Shown here: in pieces, positions 50,940-64,000 of the stretch
Numbering within the stretch: the stretch's first letter is position 1
Layout of the letters: each line of letters begins with the position of its first letter
Assembly: GCF_963676685.1 (NCBI RefSeq)
Contig: NC_092345.1
Coordinates: forward strand, 50,716,001-50,780,000
DNA: 64,000 bases
Direction: 5' to 3'
From: Mytilus edulis
Lineage: Eukaryota
Notes under the pieces: model-generated
What the model was told of the DNA's origin: nothing
Seen by the model: the letters and a program-made list of their open reading frames with translations, nothing else
Databases searched by the model: none
Made by a program: the position numbers and the translations under genes

Positions 50940-53285
50940 TTAGCTCACCTGGCCCGAAGAGCCAAGTGGGCTATTTTCATCACTTGGCGTCCGTCGTCCT
51001 CGTTAACTTTTTACATTTTGAACTTCTCCTAGAGAACCGCTGAATGGAATGGAACCAAATATGGCATGAATGTGCCTTATGAGGTGCTGACCAAGTGTTG
51101 TTACTTTGTAGTCGATCCATCATTCAAGATGGCCACCAGCGGGTTTTGGGGGGGGGGGTAGTTTAATATAGGACCCATTGGGAAATATATACAAATGTCT
51201 TCTTTTAGAGAACAATTGAATGGAATGAAATCAAAAATAGCAATATTAAACCAAATTTGGTCTCAGACATTATTATAACTATCTGTTATGATTTTATTTT
51301 ACGGCCGCAAAAATTGAAAAAATGTTGGTCGTATATTGGTATCACGTTGGCGTCGTCGTCTGCGTCGTCGTCGTCGTCGTCGTCGTCTTCGTCCGAATAC
51401 TTTTAGTTTTCGCACTCTAACTTTAGTAAAAGTGAATAGAAATCTATGAAATTTTAACACAAGGTTTATGACCACAAAAGGAAGGTTGGGATTGATTTTG
51501 GGAGTTTTGGTCCTAACATTTTAGGAATTAGGGGCCAAAAAGGGCCCAAATAAGCAGTTTCTTGATTTTCGCACTATAACTTTAGTTTAAGTAAATTGAA
51601 ATCTATGAAATTTTGACACAAGGTTTATGACCACAAAAGGAAGGTTGGGATTGATTTTGGGAGATTTTGTTCCAACAGTTTAGGAATTAGGGGCCAAAAT
51701 GGGCCCAAATAAGCATTATTCTTGGTTTTCGCACAATAACTTTAGTATAAGTAAATAGAAATCTATGAAATTTAAACACAAGGTTTATGACCATAAAAGG
51801 AAGGTTGGGTTTGATTAAAGGAGTTTTGGTCCCAACAGTTTAGGAATAAGGGACCCAAAGGGTCCAAAATTGAACTTTGTTTGATTTTATCAAAAATTGA
51901 ATAATTGGGGTTCTTTGATATGCCGAATCTAACTGTGTATGTTGATTCTTAATTTTTGGTCCCGTTTTCAAATTGGTCTACATTAAGGTCCAAAGGGTCC
52001 AAAATTAAACTTAGTTTGATTTTAACAAAAATTGAAACCTTGGGGTTCCTTGATATGCTGAATCTAAAAATGCACTTAGATTTTTGATTATTGGCCCAGT
52101 TTTCAAGTTGGTCCAAATCATGGTCCAAAATTAAACTTTCACTATATATAAATTGTTTGATTTTATTAAAAATTGAATAATTGGGGTTCTTTGATATGCC
52201 AAATCTAACTGTGTATGTAGATTCTTAATTGTTGGTCCCATTTTCAAATTGGTCTACATTAAAGTCCAAAGGGTCCTAAATTAAACTAAGTTTTATTTTA
52301 ACAAAAATTGAATTCTTGGGCTTTTTTGATATGCTGAATCTAAACATGTACTTAGATTTTTGATTATGGTCCCAGTTTTCAACTTGATTTAAATTAGGAT
52401 CCAAAATTATTATATTAAATATTGTGCAATAGCAAGAAATTTTCAATTGTTCAGTATTCAGCAATAGCAAGAAATCTTCAATTGCACAGTATAGTGCAAT
52501 AGCAAGAAATTTTCAATTGCACAGTATTGCGCAATAGCAAGAAATCTTCAATTGCACAGTATTGTGCAATAGCAAATATGTTCAATTGCACAGTATTGCG
52601 CAATAGCAAGAAATATCTAATTGCACAATATTGTGTAATAGCAAGAAATTTTCAATTGGAGTTATCTTTTTTTGTCCAGAATAGTAGTTGAATCAACTTA
52701 AATCCTTGTTTTATTCAATATACAATGTATATTCATTTTTACTGCCAACTGATAAATTAAAACAATCTTTACCATTCAGTGATAACAAGTACTTTATTTT
52801 TACATTTTAATATTTTATGATGTATTTAAATGAGTAGTTATTGTTGCAAACTCCATTAGAAATTTGAATTGAGATCAGTTTTGGAAAAAGGGAAAGGGGA
52901 TGTGAAAAAAAGGGAGGGGGGGTTAAAGTTTTCTCATTTCAGATTTCATAAATAAAAAGAAAATTTCTTCAAACATTTTTTTGAGAGGATTAATATTCAA
53001 CAGCATAGTGAATTGCTCAAAGGCAAAAAAAATATTTTAAGTTCATTAGACCACATTCATTCTGTGTCAGAAACCTATGCTGTGTCAACTATTTAATCAC
53101 AATCCAAATTTAAAGCTGAATCCAGCTTGAATGTTGTGTCCATACTTGCCCAAACCGTTCAGGGTTCAACCTCTGCGGTCGTATAAAGCTGCGCCCTGTG
53201 GAGCATCTGGTTATCTTTTTATCATATGAATCCAAAAACCAAGAGGAGTCAGGTGAGCGACACAGGCTCTTGATAGCCTCTAGTT
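50940..53285 (+). mobile_element. HINE-type Helentron element A
   Basis: 5' TTAGCTCACCTG with inverted repeat and (GTC)n; 3' CAGGTGAGC with hairpin AGGCT..AGCCT then CTAGTT. Confidence 0.75.
51297..53212 (+). mobile_element. HINE-type Helentron element B with internal tandem arrays
   Basis: TACGGCCGCA and TGCGGTCGTA sub-TIRs, (CGT)n, about 160-bp, about 240-bp and about 30-bp tandem units. Confidence 0.75.
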
Positions 53286-55396
53286 TTAATTGTTACATTA
53301 CTGATTTGCATTCAGTTTTTGGTGAAACTTGTAACCCTCCAGTTCTTGATACTTCAAGTATCCAAACTTTCAGTTACGAAGATGATCCAGTGTTACTGTC
53401 TGAGACACACCAGTGGCTTCAAAACGCGTTAGACAAACTAAATAAATATTGCATTAAATGGCAGTTGAGTGTAAATACAAACAAGACTAAAATTCTAGTT
53501 TTTCAGAATATTTATAAACAATCTTCACCTCTCTTGTTCAATGATAAATTTTTGACTGAAGTTAAGGATTTTTCTAGGTAATATTATTAACTATAGAGGA
53601 ATTTTACAAAAACTACTGAAGAGCTGTTTAAAAAAGGTATTAAAGTTTTATTTTTATTGAGAAAACCAACGTCCAATTTAAATTTTGTTTCCACTACTAA
53701 TTTGTCATGTAAATTATTTGATACACTTATAAGACATATTTCGACAAACAACTCTGAAATTTGGTTTATGGATAATGTTCAGTCAGCTTTTAAGGCATTT
53801 AATAGAGCTGCTGAAATACTTTTTGTAATACTCTTGCTTTTAATAGCAGAAAAGTATCACTTTAAGAGGAATCATTCTATATTTTCTAAATAGCTGCTAG
53901 ATCGGAATTAGGGAGATTTACTTTGAACTCTTATATAAAAACTCAAACACTCATGTATTTTTATAAAATAAACTTTAATGATATGTTAATCATCTGGTTA
54001 AAGAATCTCTACAAACAAACATAAATTTACATTCCACAGGAATTTATTCTTGGTACTCATTTGCAGATACAATTTTTAAAGATATGAAAATAAACCCAGG
54101 AAATTACTCTAATTTTAATGTACCTTTTAAACAATTGAAAAAAGTGTTAAATGTAATATTGAAAAGTGTGTTTCAGAGGAATATGAACAAACTACTTTAA
54201 ATAAACTTTCAAAATTGGATTCCTCATCCAAACTTTGTCTTTATGGGAATTAAAAAACTAATTGTCAGTCTGAGGAACATTTGAATTGCAATAATTTTAT
54301 TCATAGGCAGTTACTCTCATATTTATATCATACCCGTGTTTTAAGCGACACGCACATTGGCCATGCAGGTCATAAATTAATTTGTTGAATGAAATCAAAT
54401 CAGTAAGTACTGATGGATACCGTAGAATTTTCCACGGGAGTTTTGAGCGAGGATTTCTTGACATGGGTTGTAATTCTGAATCCACGGGGTCGCAAAGAAT
54501 CTTGTGTTAGCTTCGAACGTAGGAGGTTGTTGATACCTAATCTACGCTACTATCCGCTATACACCCTGAACTTAAGAATGGAATCAAATACATTAGATAT
54601 ATGAGTATAGCGTGTAGATAGAACTATTTGTTTCAACTCGTTGGGTTCAGTGAGTTTATTAACATGGTTTCGTGCACAGTACTTTAAAATACTTCCATAA
54701 AAGTCCGCTTTAAGTACTCGCGTAACAGTCACCTTTAAGTGCATACGAAACAGTTTGTTGTCTCTTTGACACATTCCCCATTTCCGAAACGGGTTGTTGT
54801 CTCTTTGACACATTCCCCATTTCCATTCTCAATTTTATTAATTCCATATTGGCATTTTGATGAAAATGTGCATATGGGCTATTTTATACTGCATGTGCTT
54901 TTTTTAAAACTGAGGTCGAGATTTCGGATATTTGCTTAACTTTCAGATTTGTGGACGCATTTTTCCTTACGATAAATATACATAACTTTTTTTGTTATAA
55001 GATAAGTTACGACCATCACACATTTTAAATTACGACCATCATGCTTGAATTTTTGAATGACTATTTTACGAAAATTGGAATTATTTTATGTATCAAACTT
55101 GGTTTCAATATCAACGCACTCACGATAAGTGTATATGTGACAAGCAGTTTGGATCAAATAAACCTTTTACTGTACAAAAATCGGAAAAGAAAAACTGATC
55201 CCTAGAGTTGTCTCCCATTTTCGGATGGTCGTAACTTTAAGTTACGACCATCCGCTTACCACCAGTGATTAGGGTATATAACTATCGCGTAATTACGAGA
55301 AAACTATCTCGTAATAACAAGATAAATTACACATATATATATATATAGAGAGAGATATATAGATATTCCGGGGCACGTGATGAAGCGCTAGTTTTT

Positions 55397-56005
55397 ATTA
55401 GCTCACCTGACCCAAAGGGTCAAGTGATCTTTTCCCATCACTTGGCGTCCGTCGTCCATCGTCGTCCGTTAACTTTTACAAAAATCTTCTCCTCAGAAAC
55501 CACTGGGCCAAATAAAACAAAACTTGGCCTTATTCATCTTTAGGGTTTCCAGTTTAAAAAATGTATCCAAGGACCAACCAAGATGGCCACCATGGCTAAA
55601 ATAGAACACAAAGAAGGGGGGGGGGGGGGGGGGTTAAAAGGAAGTTTATTGCTTATATCTTTGAAACTAAAGCATTTAGAGCAAATATGACAGGGTAAAA
55701 AATTTCAGACGAATCAGACTTTCCGTTAATAAGATGCTGCTCCTGATTTGGTAATTTAAATGATTTTTTTTCAGTTTTTGGTTATTTTCTTGAATATTAT
55801 AATAGATAGATATAAACTGTAGCAGCAAAAATGTTCAGCCATGTAAGATATATAAATAAGTCAAATGACCAAAATTGTGAATTAAGCCCTTAATCAGTTA
55901 TTGTCCTTTAAAGTCATTTCTGCAATTTTAAAGTAAATTTCACTATTTCTCGTAAATTTTTGTATATTTTTTACAAAAATCCCCTCTTAATCTACTTGGC
56001 CAAAT
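55397..56005 (+). mobile_element. Truncated HINE-type element
   Basis: TTAGCTCACCTGACCCAAAGGGTCAAGTGA start, GTC repeats; body related to 46831-49340. Confidence 0.65.
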
Positions 56006-56009
56006 GAAT

Positions 56010-56395
56010 TTTAATCTCGTAATAACGAGATAGTTTTCTCGTAATAATGAGACACACAACTTCTTATCTCGTAAATATGCAATAGTTTTCTCGTAATTAC
56101 GCGATGATTATCTCGTAATTAAGATATTAAAAACTTCTTATCTTGTAATTACGCGATGATTATCTCATTATTACGAGATCAAAATCTTATCTCGTAATTA
56201 CGTGATAGTTTTCTCGTAATTACGCGATAATTATCTCGTAATTACGCGATAAGTATCTTGTAATTACGAGATATAACAATGATTATCTCGTAGTTATCGC
56301 AATAACTAGATAATTATAGTTTTCTCGTAATTATCGCAATAACGAGGTAATTATCGCGTAATTGCGCGATAGTTTTCTCGTAATTACGAGATAAA
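56010..56395. repeat. Array of short self-complementary units (TCTCGTAATTACGCGA); also 55280-55330
   Basis: Directly visible repeats of about 20 bp. Confidence 0.85.
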
Positions 56396-57148
56396 TATTT
56401 TTTTTTTGTGACCCGGATTAGCTTACGTAGGTCTATGATGAATGAAAAATAAAATATACCTATAATATACCTGAAATTTACCTGTAAAAAATTCGGCGTT
56501 AATGAAAAAAAATCGGCGCAAATGCAAATGCGCCGATTGCAACAGCCATTTTTTTTTTAAATTAACCTAAGTATAGTATTAAGCATTGGTACCGACGGAG
56601 ATTACTTGAAGTCATGCACAATTGGTTAAAATAACATAGCAAGATCAAGCATCTAAAACAGTCGTGGTCATAAGTAGTCTACAGTCTCTGGGGAAAAAAC
56701 CACATAAACACAGCAAATCCCACACAATGATTATGAATGTAAAAAAAACCCAACGCTTTCCTTTAAATTTTCTGTTTTCTGTTTTCTGTGTAACCTAAAA
56801 CTGCATCATTTTATAAAAGTCACCCGACATTGAACGATTACCGGTTGTTTGGCGCACTAAAGTATAATACTGGTACCTTTGATAACTAAACACACCGCGT
56901 CTAAATATACAGTTGAAGGTTTATTATCTTATTACCGATCAGTACGTATGTTTGTAAGTGGGAACAGTATGTGTACCAGTCTTTTCTTGTTGTTTGTATT
57001 TCATATGTACAATATAAACTCCACTTTCTTCCAAAAAGAAAAGTGAATTTGAGATTTGCTGATTTTAAATCAGATAATTAATTTCCAATGGTTAATTTGA
57101 AATGTTGTCTGTCATTTATTTTATATGTTGCTTTGTGCCATTTCGGTT

Positions 57149-57163
57149 TACTTTCCGGAAGTA
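57149..57163 (+). promoter_or_regulatory. ETS-type motif CCGGAAGT in the putative promoter of the 57.3 kb gene
   Basis: TACTTTCCGGAAGTA about 160 nt upstream of the ATG, in a locally CpG-richer stretch. Confidence 0.35.
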
Positions 57164-57319
57164 CATAGAACAGTACAAAGAACGTCACAGAAACACCACT
57201 GGTAACGTCTTCGACGTCGTTGTTAAAGATCGTTACAGATTGACAAACGTATCGTTGTATTTTGTGATCAATATTATTACAGATTTACAGAGTTTTACTG
57301 AATATTACAGATAATTGAA

Positions 57320-59273
57320 ATGAAGGTAAGTAATTGAACTAAACTAAACTCTATTTTAAGCAGGTATTGTCAAACTTATGAAGTATGTTTTCAGGAGAGG
57401 CAAACACTTAACATCATGGACAACCTTGACATGCGTTAGCCGCAGTAAAAAAAAATCCAAAATCTATATTCACATTTAACATGAAAAATGCGAAAGACTC
57501 AAATGGAGATATGTGAATATAAATATACCTCTGGTATATAAAATTGTAGACGAACTGTTTTAATTATTAATACTTGGTATGTGTAGCATGCAAGAATAAA
57601 TAATCAACTAATGCTAGATATGTAATCATATTAAACCATGACTTATTTTAATAATAAATCGTAAGAAAAATAGCAAGGCATGATTGATGTTTTTAAAGAA
57701 GAATTTTAACCTATTTTTCCTTGTCATTTCAGATGGTTGACTTCAACTATAACAATTTCACCCACGAGGGTTTAGAAATAGAGAAGAAAAAGCTCATTGT
57801 TCAGCTTAAGGAGGAGTCCAGTTCTAAAGATGGAAGGGAATTTTGGGCTAAGGCGGAGACAATCCAAGAACAATATGAAGATCCATATAGAAGATCAGGT
57901 TTGTAAATTTGAATACTAGTACTTAGAATTGACAGATGGGACAAAAGCATTCGGTGTAATCTTCAATTACAGAAAGAACATTGCCAAAGAATTTCTAATG
58001 TTTGATTTGTTTGACTTTTATTTGGTGATTTGGGAACAGAACACGTAGCTGAATTTTGTATAGCTTGTGTAGCTGTATGAAAATATGTGCATTTTTTATA
58101 ACCTGAAATTGTGTATCTTGGATAAATATATTGAATCCTGTACTTGTGACAGGCTTACATCTTGTCTTCTTTTGTTTGTTTTTTAATATCTTTATTGTTT
58201 TTTTATACATCAAAATAGCTGCGGAACCGTAGCTCTGATGTCCTTATATCATATTTTTTTTATTATTTTCGGACCGTATATAAAAATCCGTAGCTCTATG
58301 GTCCGTAAGTAGTCAAAAATATCACAATGACCTGAGATCAACGGTTCAGCTACTAACGTCTATACTGTTTATGAAGTAAATTGACAGAATGTTTGCCTCA
58401 ATTGATAAAAGATAAGATAGACATTGTCGAAAAATCAAATATGATTTTATACATGTAATTCTTTAATTGATGAACACAAATGTATTAAAATGCAATAATT
58501 ATCATTTTGTCGGATTTTGAGTAATGGATGAATAATGAACAGTTCTTTTCTGTCTTCTTGTAGAATATACAAGCAGGAAGCTGTTTACTCAATTTAAAAA
58601 CGAGGCACAGTCAGAGTCAGAGTTACAGTTCTGGACACAACTTGAACTAATGAGAGGCGCTTACAGATATCCCGAGGATGATAGCTTCATCTGTGAAGAT
58701 ATACGAGGTTTGTTAAAATAATTACTTTTAAATGAACGTGAGTTATCGAATGCATTAAACTGGAAAAACAGATCTCTAGACAAAGAGACACGAAAATGCA
58801 GTTAAAATGAAGATATTGAATCAGGAACGTAGGTCAAAACGTACCAAAACATGTGCTTATTGTTACGAAATCCTTGATTAAAATGCATCTGTTATCTTCC
58901 TGGTTTGTCACGGCTTGGCAATTATTTTTTATTTAGCAAACTCAATTTAATTAATTTTGTAAATGTAAAAAAAAATTAAAACATGAAACTCACAGTTCTG
59001 TATATTGTTCCTGGACAATATGCAAATAATTATCAGTTATTTTTTAAGTATTTTTCATATATCTTAGATGAAGAAACGGAGGACGAAGCCGATATCGTTC
59101 AAGCTAAAACCGATTATGTACAACTAGAATCCAGCAATGGAATATATGAAGCCGGAAACAAACAAGATAATGTTGATAAGGAACAAGATGAAACCAGAAA
59201 TGACAAAAGTGACAAACAAAACAAAATAGCAGAGACAGCAGCTAAAACCAGGACAGCACACAGAAAACTGTTG
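57320..59273 (+). CDS. Uncharacterised spliced gene, 5' part (exons 57320-57325, 57733-57898, 58564-58707, 59068-59273); downstream exons not identified
   Basis: ATG AAG|gtaagt, then three GT-AG exons joining in phases 0, 1 and 1 without stops: MKMVDFNYNNFTHEG...PYRRS-EYTSRKLF...CEDIR-DEETEDE...HRKLL|gtaagt. Confidence 0.72.
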
Positions 59274-60069
59274 GTAAGTTATAAATAGCAGCATCCTGAC
59301 TCCATCAAAATTACGCAATATGTTTTCAATTAAAATTGTTACTTTTATATAGTCCTAGTGATCAAACGGACAAGAGCAAATCTGATAGGGTCACAAACGG
59401 CACTGTTCAAATCTAGTAGCCTGTTTCACACAAAAACAAAATACGATTCAGATTGATCGTACTAAGTATACTGAATTGTTCATAACTTACGATCAGTCTT
59501 AGTCGTAAGTTTTTTTGTGAAACCCGACTCAGGGATCAAAATTAGAGTGCAAATATTTCAAATACCAATAACTAAATTTATGTGTTTAACCTTTGACATC
59601 AGTAGCTATCCGAGTCAACAATTATAGTGCCTGTATGATCATATGATTAGAAAAAGCAACATTTTTCTCCGTAATAACACATGGCCACCTAAGGGTTTCA
59701 TATTTCAAATCACAATATCAAGATAGACGGTGTACATTTACGCCAAACATTTTTCATTTTAAGCTGAACAAATAGATTTTGAAAATATCCTACAAATTTT
59801 TAAATTAATTGGTTTTATAAATGTAACAAACATCTGTTGAAGTCACTTCTGAAAAATCATTTTCGTTATGAGAATTGAAATTTGTAATTTTCATGACATT
59901 ACATTATTTAATTTCACGAGGATAATATTAAAAGTAATGATAAGTTTGTCTTAAAAAGATTTCATCTTATCAACAGTTTGAATAAATTAAAACATTTTAA
60001 TTTGATTGTTTTAGAAAAGAAACAAATTTCAATCTCCTTCTTAAGGACAAAATATTGAAATTGCTAACC

Positions 60070-60335
60070 TTAAGCATTTTTCAATTTGCCATAAAATATT
60101 GAAAAATGAAAAATGCTAAAACGTGGAGCATTTTTCAATTTGCCTTTAAAAATTGAAAAATGAAAAATGCTCCAACGTGGAGCATTTTTCAATTTGCCTT
60201 CAAAAATCAAAAAATGAAAAATGCTCAAACGTGGAGCATTTTTCAATTTGCCTTAAAAAATGGAAAAATGAAAAATGCTCCAATGTGGAGCATTTTTCAA
60301 TTTGCTTTGAAATATTGAAAAATGAAAAATGTTGA
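60070..60335. repeat. 57-bp minisatellite (about 4.5 units)
   Basis: GAAAAATGAAAAATGCTCAAACGTGGAGCATTTTTCAATTTGCC unit. Confidence 0.92.
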
Positions 60336-62269
60336 ATTTTCATCTTTAATTTTTTTTTCTCAAAAATGAAAATGATTTTTTTTGTGTTGAGGATTTTTCA
60401 ATTAGTTTAATCAAAGTTTTGTTTTTATGCTTTAAATATAATACACATATGTGTATGTGTGAACCCGTTTATACACATTTATTACCTTACCCCGAAAAGA
60501 TAGGAGAACAACAACGCACCAGCAAAATTTTGTGATGTGGCGCAGGATTATTATGCAAAAAATTATTGTTATTTCCCTTGCTTAAAACCCTTAACTTTTT
60601 TTTGTTATTCACATTCAGGTTAACTGCATATTCTCTTTATATCTGTTAAATCAAATGGATATTGGTTTGTTTGTTTAATTCATTGATAGAGTTATTTATT
60701 TTTACTCCAAAGTTTAGTATTTGCACCGTTGCAAAACATTTGTAAACTTCTTTAAAAAGTTAATATACATTTAAGATAACATCTGAGCAATACGGACACG
60801 CATAGATCAAGGCATATATAACCCTGTTCGTAACAACACGGTTCGGTTATTGCCATTAAAGGATTTAGCATAGCGGAAAGCAATTACAATATGCCCTATA
60901 AAACCCTCAACGACAGAATAGCTGCACCAAAGCTGAGAGCTATTCATCAATAAATAGTAAATGAAAAATATTGTAACATAAGATTTCGTACTTTCATGCA
61001 ATTGCTACGGATTTGGTGATACCCTTGTTGACAACCTAGAAAATATGTAAAGATAAAAACAACACCTAGGAAAGCTGTTCTGTTCCCAGTCTCTCTGTAT
61101 AAGGTTGATTAATATGCCATTTTCCTTCTAAATACAGCTCATTTTGGAAGTCATTGAAAGATCCCTTTCTTAACTAGATAAAATGAATTAAATAATTTGT
61201 TCACTGGGTTTTTTTTGGGGGGGTTAGTATTACTTAGCTATTTTAAAACCAATAGTGCTTTAACAATTGGCATCCATCGTCTCTGTTTACAACTAGAACA
61301 AGCTGTGGTTTACATCTCCGAATCTCAATCAGAATTACTAATGCTAAATGTTGGTCCCGCGAGGTTGATGTTGAATTTTACAGCGATTTTTCTGTTTTTA
61401 ACTGAAATACATTATTTTGGGAAAACTAATCAGAAATGAAGCAGACATTTGAGTCAGTGCTCGGTGGAATTAGATACGACTGTCTTTAGGAGACAAGTTT
61501 TGAAAATGTATGTGTATAATTGTTCCTGTGGTCTTTTATTTTTATAGTATGGTTTATTTGGTACATTTTGTGTGAATGTATATAGTCAAAATATGTTTAA
61601 TGTTGTCAAGACTGATATTGCTGATTACTTAAAGTTTGTTCATTTTGAGACAGATTTTCTTTTATTTGGAATGAATGTGCGGTGTCATTTTTGCTAAAAA
61701 TTAACTTCAAATGTGAAGCTAGTTTACATTTCTCTAGATATAAGAAGATGTGGTATGAGTGCCAATGAGACAGTTTGCCTTCTAAGTCACAATTTTTAAA
61801 TAAAAACCATTATAGGTCAAAGTACGGTCTTCAACACAGAGTCATGGTTCACATAAAACAATAAGCTATAAATTGTTCCCAAAATGACTTGTGTAAAACG
61901 ATTCACGCGGGAAAAACAACGATATAATATATATACAGAACGAGAAACACTTATGAATCAAATCAACTAACGACAACAAGGAACATTATAGAAGATAAAA
62001 AAAACCTGTTAAACAGACTTAGGAAGAAGGGATATAGTACGATTCTGTTGTGGTTGTCAGATTATTAAAGTTTGCATATTTTGGTTTTAATATTGTTTCA
62101 CTTATAGGGTCTTTACATCGGGATTAAACATATTTTTTAAAACCCAGTTGTTGAACATGACACGGGTTATGTTCTTCTCTTAAATATTTTATAATTTGTA
62201 TAATACTGAACCCCTAACGGGAGTTGCCTGATATTCTTATAATGAAGACGTAATCTTAAAATCAGTTTA

Positions 62270-62770
62270 ATTAAGGTCTGGAGCTGACATGTCAGTAACT
62301 TCTAGTAGTCTGTTGTTATTTATGTATTATTATCATTTTGTTTATTTTCTTTTGTTACCTCTTCTGACATCGGACTCGGACTTCTTTTGAACAGAATTTT
62401 ACTGGGTGTATGGTTATGCGTTTACTTTTCTACATTGGTCAGAGGTATCAGGGGAGGGTTGAAATCTCATAAACATGTTTAACTCCACTTATTTTGCGCC
62501 TGTTCCAAGTCAGGAGCCTGTGGCCTCTGTTAGTCTTGTATTATTTTTAAATTAGGTTTTTAGTTTTTAATGTTTAGTATGGCGTCCATTATCACTGAAC
62601 TAGTACATGTATATATATTTTTGTTTAGGGGCAAGCTGAAGGACGCCTTTTGGTGCGGCAGTTTCTCGCTGCATTAAAGACCTATTGGTGACCTTCTTCT
62701 GTTGTCTGTTCTATATATATGGTCGGGTTATTATCTCTTTGAGACATTCCCCATTTCCATTCTCAAATGG
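62270..62770 (+). repeat. Interspersed repeat ending CTCTTTGACACATTCCCCATTTCCATTCTCAA (also 54758-54835 and about 31205-31470 reversed)
   Basis: Shared terminal motif and CCAAGTCAGGAGCC. Confidence 0.65.
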
Positions 62771-64000
62771 ATTGTCTATTTAAAAAAATAGAAGATACAA
62801 AATTATTATGTCTGAAGCTGTCAGGGAGAATCATAAAACCCTTGACATAAAATTATCCATATTTTGAGTCAGAGATGGGAGATCTTCCTATGATGCCCGC
62901 CCGTCCTCCCCCTAAAAAAAAAGTAAACAACACTAAAATCTTATTCTGACATTACAGATGGGATTTAATTTCATTCACGTGAATGAGGTTGGAGTGACTC
63001 GGTGTGCGCCTTTTCCTAAATTCATCTTTTTTGTTTGTTCTCCAGATCCCACCTTTGGTGTCCCCTTGATTTCATTACCCACATTTTAATAATCCTATAT
63101 CCGACCATCCCTTTTTGTAACCTCAATAGCACCCCCTCTCTATATCCCACTTCTAGGGCTACTTGCAAAATTCATTTTGATCAAGATGGATTGTATGCTC
63201 AGAATTATCAGCCTGATATGGATCAGGATAAAAGTTTCGTGATCCCTGTAAAAAAACAAAACAGTTGTGACTTTCTGTTTTATACATAACGAATATAAAA
63301 GGGGAGCGGACGAGCTACAAAAAATATAATAGTATCAACAAAGAGGCAATTTCGATAAATGTTCAAATTATTTAAAATTTCTCAAATTACGAAAAGAGTG
63401 CACACGCTGAAATGTCTCGCCTTCTTTACTAATCATTGATATTATGTTGATCCAAAATCCTGGACTTAAAAACATGAAATCCCGAGGTCCTGAATGAAAA
63501 AAAAAATCCCGGGTCCCGAAAGGGTTAATCCCGAAATCACAAGCTTAAAAACACTCGATCCTGACGTCCTGAAAAAGGTCCTGCCCACCCTCTATGTTGA
63601 TAGTCCTAAATATAAAGCTTTACTACAACTATCACATAAACTTAACATGGTCAAAGAAAATTAGGACAAGGTCATATAAACAAAACAAGAAATACATGTA
63701 CACCTTACAATAAATCACTAAGTATAAATGACCCATGCTAATAGTTTCTAAGAAACAGACTTAACCGAGAAAACTAAACACATGAACCACGAAACTAAGG
63801 TCAAGGATCTGAACCATGGCAGGCAGAAGTGTACAACTTACAATTCCATACAGCAAGTAAAGTTAACCTATTTCTTATAGTTTAAGAAAATCAGAACAAA
63901 ACTAAAATAATGAATACTGTGCAATGAACAGTGAAAATGAGGCCAAGGCCAAATAAAACCTGCCAGACTGACATGCACATCATTAAATATTTCCATACAC

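Larger units (their letters stand above)
50630..54320 (+). pseudogene. Decayed CR1/L2-group LINE RT, interrupted
   Basis: GFRSNHRTSDSIF, FVD..AFDSIWHNGL, GVRQGD..SPT before 50940, resuming FNCYITDL..YEDD..WQLSVNTNKTK after 53285. Confidence 0.8.
49758..55267. mobile_element. Large DNA-transposon derivative with about 270-bp imperfect TIRs beginning CACTGGTGGTAAGCGGATGGTCGTAACTT
   Basis: 49758-50030 is the reverse complement of about 55005-55267. Confidence 0.75.

Noticed and set aside
60153-60335. Cys/His repeat ORF (CSNVEHFSIC)
   Set aside because: Translation of a 57-bp minisatellite with no ATG or splice support
1-64000. Remaining 60-110 aa ORFs in the track
   Set aside because: No recognisable motifs; many use non-ATG starts, lie within repeats, or are antisense to real exons

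Overview
AT-rich, intron-rich animal genomic DNA. The repeat families look like those of a bivalve such as Mytilus, but this is an inference. The main gene is a complete 16-coding-exon cytosolic phospholipase A2 (PLA2G4A-like, + strand, 19320-38251, about 756 aa), reconstructed by hand from splice sites and reading phases. Its last three exons, their introns and the 3' UTR are duplicated about 7 kb downstream (43834-46635) with a premature stop. A short intronless ankyrin-repeat ORF (- strand) sits between the two copies. A second, unrecognised spliced gene starts at about 57.3 kb, and no stop exon was found for it. The rest is transposon-derived: CR1/L2-like LINEs, Naiad-type Penelope-like elements, Helitron and Helentron non-autonomous elements, Kolobok-like and Harbinger-like MITEs, a solo LTR, hammerhead-ribozyme repeats and minisatellites, often nested. 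The most unusual signals are four 32-42 bp palindromes with 7-bp target duplications that resemble P-element excision footprints, an intact antisense versus broken sense hammerhead pattern inside cPLA2 introns, the duplicated cPLA2 3' module, and a four-level transposon nest. No database search or alignment program was run.
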